Source: Candidatus Electrothrix yaqonensis
GTDB lineage: Bacteria > Desulfobacterota > Desulfobulbia > Desulfobulbales > Desulfobulbaceae
Direction: 5' to 3'
Assembly (NCBI GenBank): GCA_047651235.1
Contig: CP178758.1
Location: 1,710,001 to 1,742,000, forward strand
Length of the DNA: 32,000 bases
Positions within the stretch are counted from its first letter, which is position 1; each line of letters begins with the position of its first letter. Under the pieces are notes generated by a model, which was given only the letters and a program-made list of their open reading frames with translations, was not told the origin of the DNA and did not search any database. Shown here one piece after another: positions 24,196 through 29,028 of this stretch. The position numbers were made by a program, and so were the translations under genes.

Positions 24196-24850
24196 GTAGA
24201 AAACCACCCCCTCTGGGGGTGGTCAGAGTTCAACGGCTTTGCCGGTTGAACCTCAAAAGCTCATAATAAGCTCCATGACGTGTTGTCCCCACAACAATAT
24301 CAGGAGCAAATTATGAGTCGATTTAAAAAACTATCACATACAATTTGGCATTGCCAGTACCATATCGTCTGGGTTCCCAAGTATCGATTAAGAATACTTG
24401 AGGGTGAAGTCGGACAGGAGGTGTTCAATTGTACCTGCGCATTCAGCGAGCAGAAAAAGTGTGAAGTGATTGAGCTGAATGTTCAAAAAGATCATGTTCA
24501 TATTATCGTGATGATTCCTCCGAAACTGTCGATTTCGGATTATATGGGCATCATTAAAGGCAGAACCGCGATTCGTGTATTCAACAAGTTTCGCAAATTG
24601 AAGAAAAAACCGTACTGGGGTAATCGTTTTTGGGCACGCGGCTATTGTGTCGATACTGTAGGTTTAGGCGCTGAGAAAATACGTCGCTACGTAAAGTATC
24701 AGGAAGAAAAAGAACGCCAAGCCGAACGTAACCAACTACGGTTATTCTAATTAAATCGGGGACAACACCTCGCCCCCTCTGGGGGCAAGAGGCATCCTTA
24801 TCCCCTTTTAGGGGTAAACCCAATACCACCCCCTTTGGGGGTGGATTATT
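24196..24850 (+). mobile_element. IS200/IS605-family insertion sequence (tnpA only); ends approximate
   Basis: A single Y1-transposase gene is flanked by subterminal palindromes: CCACCCCCTCTGGGGGTGG (24204-24222) on the left and CCACCCCCTTTGGGGGTGG (24827-24845) on the right. Extra hairpins lie at 24227-24250 and 24768-24792. The ~0.65 kb size fits IS200. Confidence 0.75.
24313..24750 (+). CDS. tnpA: IS200/IS605 family transposase TnpA (Y1 HUH)
   Basis: ATG 24313 (CAGGAG RBS). MSRFKKLSHTIWHCQYHIVWVPKYRLRIL...VQKDHVHIIVMIPPKLSISDYMGIIKGRTA...WARGYCVDTVG...IRRYVKYQEE carries the HUH (HVH) motif and the catalytic Tyr region. Confidence 0.9.
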   Translation: MSRFKKLSHTIWHCQYHIVWVPKYRLRILEGEVGQEVFNCTCAFSEQKKCEVIELNVQKDHVHIIVMIPPKLSISDYMGIIKGRTAIRVFNKFRKLKKKPYWGNRFWARGYCVDTVGLGAEKIRRYVKYQEEKERQAERNQLRLF

Positions 24851-24860
24851 TATCAAGAAG

Positions 24861-26438
24861 TCAGTAGAACCTGATTTCCACGCCGCTGGTGCGCAGAAAT
24901 TCTTTCACCTGACCGACAGGAACTTCTTTGCGGTGGAAGATCCCGGCTGCCAAAGCGGCCTCGGCATCTGTTTCTGTGAACACTTCGAGAAAATGCGCAG
25001 CGCTGCCGGCGCCGCTGGAGGCGATAACCGGGATGGTCACTGCCTCCTTGACCGCATTGATCAGTTCAAGATCAAAGCCGGAATTGGTGCCGTCCTTATC
25101 AATGCAGTTGAGCAGGATTTCACCTGCTCCCAACTGTTCACAGACCCTGGCCAGAGTAACCGCATCAAGGTCACGTCCTTCACGCCCGCCCCTGACCGTA
25201 CACTGATACCAGCAGTACTGTTCGCCGTCCGGGCCGGGAAAGGCTGTTTTCATAACCGGATGCGGCGTATCCTTTGGCGAATGCACGTATACTCGCCGGG
25301 GATCCACGGAAATTACCACGGCTTGATTACCGTAGACCCGGGCAATCTGCTCAATAGAACTCAGCCCGGTGGATTGCCCGCTCCGGAGCACCTCCTCCAC
25401 GATCAGGACCGCGTCCGAGCCGATGGATACCTTGTCTGCGCCGGAACGGAAGTATTCCGAAGCCACCTCAAGGGCGGAATAAAACCGACCGTTGCAGTCA
25501 GTAAAATCGCGGATACCGCCGCCGATGGTGAGCGGGACAAAGACATTTTCCGAGGTCTTCTGCAGCACCTCAAGCATGGGCATATCCTCAAGCGGAAAAT
25601 CGCGGAAGGCAGTGATATTGAGAAAGGTGATCTCGTCTGCGCCCTGTTCATAGTAATCCCGCGCAAGCTCCACCGGTTTGCCCAGATTGCGCACGTCGCC
25701 GTCTTCCCGCACATCATACTGATCCCCCTTGGTCACCACCAGGTCGCCCTGATCATTGGACCGGACATCAAGGCAGGCAATAATGCGTTCAGCCAGTTCA
25801 GTCTTTGCCGGACATGCCTGCGGAACTACGGCCTCCCGACTCGAATCCAGAAAATTCTCCAGTAGCTGCAGACCGGCCTTGCCGCTTTTTTCCGGATGAA
25901 ACTGGGTGGCAATAATATTCCCCCGCTGCACAGAACTGACAAATTGGCCGCCGTAATCCGTCATGGTCAGCACATCATCGGCATGTTCTGTTTCCACATA
26001 ATAGGAATGGACAAAATAGACTTTTTCACTGCCGGTGAAGCCGTTGAACAGACGGGAGGGCTGCTGCACCCGGATACCGTTCCAGCCGATATGAGGAACC
26101 GCCAGCTCTGTGTTGAACCGCCGGACCCGGCCTGGAATGAACCCTAATCCCGGTTCATCCGGTGCCTCTTCGCTGGACTCGAACAGGGCCTGCAGAGCAA
26201 CACAGATTCCGAAGAATGGCCGGTCATCATGCAGGTAGCGCAGCAGCGGTTCGACAAGCCCCTGTTCCCGCAGGGTCCGCATCATGGCTCCGTAATTGCC
26301 CACCCCGGGAAAAACCAGACGTTCCGCCCGGTCAATATCAGCGGCTGAACTGACTCTGACCACTGTTTCACCGAGACGCTCAAGGGCATTGACAACCGAA
26401 CGGACATTGCCAGCACCGTAATCAAGCAGGGTAATCAT
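24861..26438 (-). CDS. hisHF: Fused imidazole glycerol phosphate synthase (HisH glutaminase + HisF cyclase in one 525-aa polypeptide)
   Basis: The N-terminal HisH part is MITLLDYGAGNVRSV...PFFGICVALQ...PHIGWN...QFHPEKSG. The linker and HisF barrel are RIIACLDVRSNDQGDLVVTKGDQYDVRE...VRNLGKPVELARDYYEQGADEITFLNI...PLTIGGGIR...GADKVSIGSDAV...AVVISVDP...CTVRGGREGRDLD...GAGEILLNCIDKDGTNSG...PVIASSGAG. Confidence 0.9.
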   Translation of the reverse strand: MITLLDYGAGNVRSVVNALERLGETVVRVSSAADIDRAERLVFPGVGNYGAMMRTLREQGLVEPLLRYLHDDRPFFGICVALQALFESSEEAPDEPGLGFIPGRVRRFNTELAVPHIGWNGIRVQQPSRLFNGFTGSEKVYFVHSYYVETEHADDVLTMTDYGGQFVSSVQRGNIIATQFHPEKSGKAGLQLLENFLDSSREAVVPQACPAKTELAERIIACLDVRSNDQGDLVVTKGDQYDVREDGDVRNLGKPVELARDYYEQGADEITFLNITAFRDFPLEDMPMLEVLQKTSENVFVPLTIGGGIRDFTDCNGRFYSALEVASEYFRSGADKVSIGSDAVLIVEEVLRSGQSTGLSSIEQIARVYGNQAVVISVDPRRVYVHSPKDTPHPVMKTAFPGPDGEQYCWYQCTVRGGREGRDLDAVTLARVCEQLGAGEILLNCIDKDGTNSGFDLELINAVKEAVTIPVIASSGAGSAAHFLEVFTETDAEAALAAGIFHRKEVPVGQVKEFLRTSGVEIRFY

Positions 26439-26700
26439 GGGATATATTCTCCCTTCGTGCAGAACGGGTATTGATTGATGAATTCAGGTTACGTGCCTGT
26501 ACAGCACTGGATACTTAGAAAGGATTATGGAACAAGTCAAGGGCTATCTTTCGGAAAATTGTAGCCGTTACCTTCCGGATGTGTATATGTCAAGCCCCGA
26601 CTGATTGTATAGCATTTTCAACTTGAGTTTATATCGTTTTCTTTGTAAATAATCTGGTACTGTCCGGTATCTCCGATCAATCTTTTTATGGAAGAATTTT

Positions 26701-26826
26701 ATGCCTGCTCCGTATTCACCGGATTTCAGAAAAAAAGTGCTCGATTCCTATCTGAAAAACGGCTCATTAAGGAATGAAAATTTAATAACAACGGAACTTG
26801 CTGACAGGTCATTGACAATTTCATAG
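26701..26826 (+). pseudogene. N-terminal fragment of an IS630-family transposase
   Basis: The short ORF MPAPYSPDFRKKVLDSYLKNGSLR... matches the (A/P)YSxDLRxKV...G.S.R HTH opening of IS630/Tc1-type transposases. It then degenerates and stops after 41 codons. Confidence 0.5.
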
Positions 26827-26848
26827 TTGCGTTTATTCTCATCCGGTT

Positions 26849-27358
26849 ATGAAGATAAAAACATATTCTCCTGAGATAGAAACGCGAATGCGTAATTTTT
26901 ACGGCAGCCTGTCTGAAAAAGACCGCCGTCGATACGTCGCAGTTGAAGCGGAAAAGTTCGGATACGGCGGCATAACGTATATATGCGACGTGTTGCGGTG
27001 TGATTCTGACCGGGTCCGTCGCGGGATTGAGGAGCTGAAACAGCCTCTGCCTGAAAAAGAAGAACGAATTCGCAAACCGGGCGGGGGACGTAAATCCGTC
27101 CTCTCGACCGCCGTCGGCCTTGACGACGCATTTTTCGCGGTGCTGAAAAATCACACGGCGGGATTAGGGACAAACGGTGACACCTCCGAGTTCGGGTGCG
27201 CCTGTATTCGGAACTGGTGGACGACACATGGAAAATCTGAATTCCTCTTCGAGACAGGCCGCAAAACGGCTGACGGTTTTAAAGAAAATATGAAAATTCA
27301 ATTCGACGAGTTTCTGCCGAAGTGGAATTATGCCGCTGTTCCGTCAGGACGGCTTTGA
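26849..27358 (+). pseudogene. Internally deleted ISAzo13-family transposase
   Basis: The N-terminus LSEKDRRRYVAVEAEKFGYGGITYICDVLRCDSDRVRRGIEEL...RIRKPGGGRKSVL...FFAVLKNHTAG matches the ISAzo13 N-domain. The last residues FDEFLPKWNYAAVP match the family C-terminus (...WNYxIxP). The DDE core (~300 aa) is absent from this 169-aa ORF. Confidence 0.65.
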
Positions 27359-27663
27359 ATCCCGTAGTTATTTAATTCCTGTTCCTTGTCGTCTGACAAC
27401 ACTCTTCTATTGATAACAAATAGATTCCTTTTGTTCGTCAGAAGCACCTTGTTGATAGCTGACGATATCTTCTTGTTCATCAGGAACTTTTTTTCAAGAG
27501 TAAACAGACAGTTGTTGATGAACAGGATATCCCGACCAGATCCGTTTAGGCGATCTGGCTTTGCATCTCTTTGGAGCAGATGCCGGAGTTGAACTGCAAC
27601 TGCCGCAGCACACACCGCATGAGCTGCTGGAGTCAGCCCGACATTTTGTTTGATATGTGTTCC

Positions 27664-27731
27664 TGTTGTGCGTATAATATGTGTTGTGCGTATAATATGA
27701 TATGTATACAGTCTGATATGTATACAGTCAA
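27664..27731 (+). promoter_or_regulatory. Two back-to-back tandem duplications: 2 x 18 bp carrying TATAAT, then 2 x 16 bp carrying TGTATACA. Probable promoter/operator of the RHH-RelE operon
   Basis: TGTTGTGCGTATAATATG at 27664-27681 is repeated perfectly at 27682-27699. ATATGTATACAGTCTG at 27700-27715 is repeated as ATATGTATACAGTCAA at 27716-27731. The antitoxin ATG is at 27751. Confidence 0.6.
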
Positions 27732-27750
27732 TTTCAACAAAGGAGCACAC

Positions 27751-28008
27751 ATGTCCAAGACACGATTGAATATAAGCATCGACTACGATCTTGCCGATTT
27801 TATCAAAATTTATGCTCAGGAAAACCGTACAACCGCTTCCGAGGTCATCACACAGTTTATTCTTGGACTGAAACGGAGGAAGTGCCGGGAGCAGACAGAT
27901 ACAGTTCTTGCCGACCCGGAATTTTCTCAAACTCTGACAGAAGTGCATACAAGAATACAGGATGGTTCTGCGCAATGGCATACCTTTGACGAAGTTTTCG
28001 GTGAATAA
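27751..28008 (+). CDS. Ribbon-helix-helix antitoxin (85 aa)
   Basis: ATG 27751 with AAGGAG RBS (internal to track ORF 27571..28008). MSKTRLNISIDYDLADFIKIYAQENRTTASEVITQFILGLKR is an RHH pattern. The stop overlaps the toxin ATG (TAATG). Confidence 0.75.
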   Translation: MSKTRLNISIDYDLADFIKIYAQENRTTASEVITQFILGLKRRKCREQTDTVLADPEFSQTLTEVHTRIQDGSAQWHTFDEVFGE

Positions 28009-28322
28009 TGGAGGTTCGATTTGAAAAGGCGTTTCTGAAGGCCGTCAAAAAACATTCGGCAATCAAAAAGCAGATTGAGCGGAAGGTGCTTCAGATAGTT
28101 GAGCATCCTGTCGAACTGGGCGAGCCGTTAAAAGGTAATTTTCGCGGTTTTTATTCCTGTCCGGTAAAACAGAACTTCATTATCATATATCTGTACTGCC
28201 GGGTTTGCAGGAAAAAGGGCGATGAAAAATATGTTGCCTGTGCGGACTGTTCCGAAACAGCGGATGAAACCGTCAAATTCATCATCGTCGGCCCTCATGA
28301 TGCGGCGTATGGAAAAAAGTAG
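28008..28322 (+). CDS. RelE/ParE-superfamily toxin with an inserted CxxC...CxxC segment
   Basis: MEVRFEKAFLKAVKK...IERKVLQIVEHPVELGEPLKGNFRGFYSCPVKQNFIIIY...VKFIIVGPHDAAY fits the RelE/ParE fold pattern (L.G.l.g.y...v...yRiiY....v.i..vgpH...Y). A ~25-aa insert YCRVCRKKGDEKYVACADCSETADE lies between the last strands. Confidence 0.7.
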   Translation: MEVRFEKAFLKAVKKHSAIKKQIERKVLQIVEHPVELGEPLKGNFRGFYSCPVKQNFIIIYLYCRVCRKKGDEKYVACADCSETADETVKFIIVGPHDAAYGKK

Positions 28323-28327
28323 TATCC

Positions 28328-28561
28328 TTATACCCTCTCTCCCCCCTTCATCACCTCCATCAGCTCATACAGCACCTCCTGCGCCTGCCTCGGGGTCAGC
28401 TCATCCGGATTAATCTCTTTTAACCGGTTTCGCAAAGGATCTTCCTTGGGCGGGAAAAGACTCATCTGGCAGGGATGCTGCTGTGGTCGTTTTTTCGGGG
28501 AGACCGCAATGGTCGGTTCGCCGGTAGCTGTGAGCTTGCCCCGCCCCTGCCGACAGACCTG
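28328..28561 (-). pseudogene. mutS: 3'-terminal remnant of mutS (last ~45-75 codons only)
   Basis: The minus-strand frame, open from 28561, reads ...SPKKRPQQHPCQMSLFPPKEDPLRNRLKEINPDELTPRQAQEVLYELMEVMKGGERV*. This matches the MutS C-terminal tail (Q.SLF......l..ld.D.LTPR.AlE.LYeL). An in-frame stop at 28564-28562 and a plus-strand gene lie immediately upstream. Confidence 0.6.
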
Positions 28562-28583
28562 TTACTTGCTGTTCATCATCTCC

Positions 28584-28598
28584 TATGATACTATCATA
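28584..28598. promoter_or_regulatory. Perfect 15-bp palindrome TATGATACTATCATA upstream of the Trypco1-like gene (candidate operator overlapping a -10-like element)
   Basis: 7-bp arms TATGATA/TATCATA flank a central C, 35 nt upstream of ATG 28633. A T8 run and an AAGGAGA RBS follow. Confidence 0.4.
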
Positions 28599-28632
28599 TA
28601 GTTAGGCTTTTTTTTCTCAAGGAGAATCACTC

Positions 28633-29007
28633 ATGACCAAACTGCAACCCATACAACTTGATGACGACACGGTCATCTATATTGAGGCCGATGATAATGC
28701 GCAGGCACCTCTGTCTTCGCCTGCTTCCTCCGGCGAGCAGCAACCGATGGCCAAGGGCGGCAACAGCAGAAGCGGCGCAATGTCTGCTGCGTTGACTCAA
28801 TTTCAATCCATGCAAAACACCATTCGGGGCTACACCACCCAGTCTCTTAACGCATTCCGCAATCTGGCCGGGGCAAATGTGGATAAGGTCACGCTGGAAT
28901 TCGGCATCAGAGTCGGCGGTGAGGCAGGCATTCCTTATGTGACCAAAGGAAGTGCTGACAGTAACATCAAAATCACGGTTGAGTGTTCTTTTCCTAAAGA
29001 AGAGTAG
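28633..29007 (+). CDS. Trypco1-like (CU044_2847-family-like) small protein, 124 aa
   Basis: AAGGAGA RBS. The N-terminus is KLQPIQLDDDTVIYIEADD and the centre is low-complexity. The C-terminus KVTLEFGIRVGGEAGIPYVTKGSADSNIKITVECSF matches the ..vEFG.k.s.eaG...ak....an.kvt... pattern recalled for this family. It lies 21 nt upstream of the caspase-STAND ORF. Confidence 0.7.
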   Translation: MTKLQPIQLDDDTVIYIEADDNAQAPLSSPASSGEQQPMAKGGNSRSGAMSAALTQFQSMQNTIRGYTTQSLNAFRNLAGANVDKVTLEFGIRVGGEAGIPYVTKGSADSNIKITVECSFPKEE

Positions 29008-29028
29008 TCTGAAAAATGGAGAGCTGCC

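Noticed and set aside
24933-25865. 310-aa plus-strand ORF inside hisHF (also 24928-25206, 25896-26147, 26162-26353; 25403-25717 minus)
   Set aside because: They are antisense or out of frame to a full-length, motif-complete HisH-HisF reading frame.
27571-27750. The 5' extension of track ORF 27571-28008 (145 aa)
   Set aside because: The extension reads through the tandem promoter repeats and has no RBS. The internal ATG 27751 has AAGGAG at ideal spacing and yields a typical 85-aa RHH protein.
27328-27981. 217-aa minus-strand ORF spanning the ISAzo13 remnant's 3' end, the tandem repeats and the antitoxin gene; also 26726-27154 and 26847-27227 (minus)
   Set aside because: It crosses a promoter/repeat region and is antisense to a well-supported RHH antitoxin with a strong RBS. 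It has no recognisable domain.
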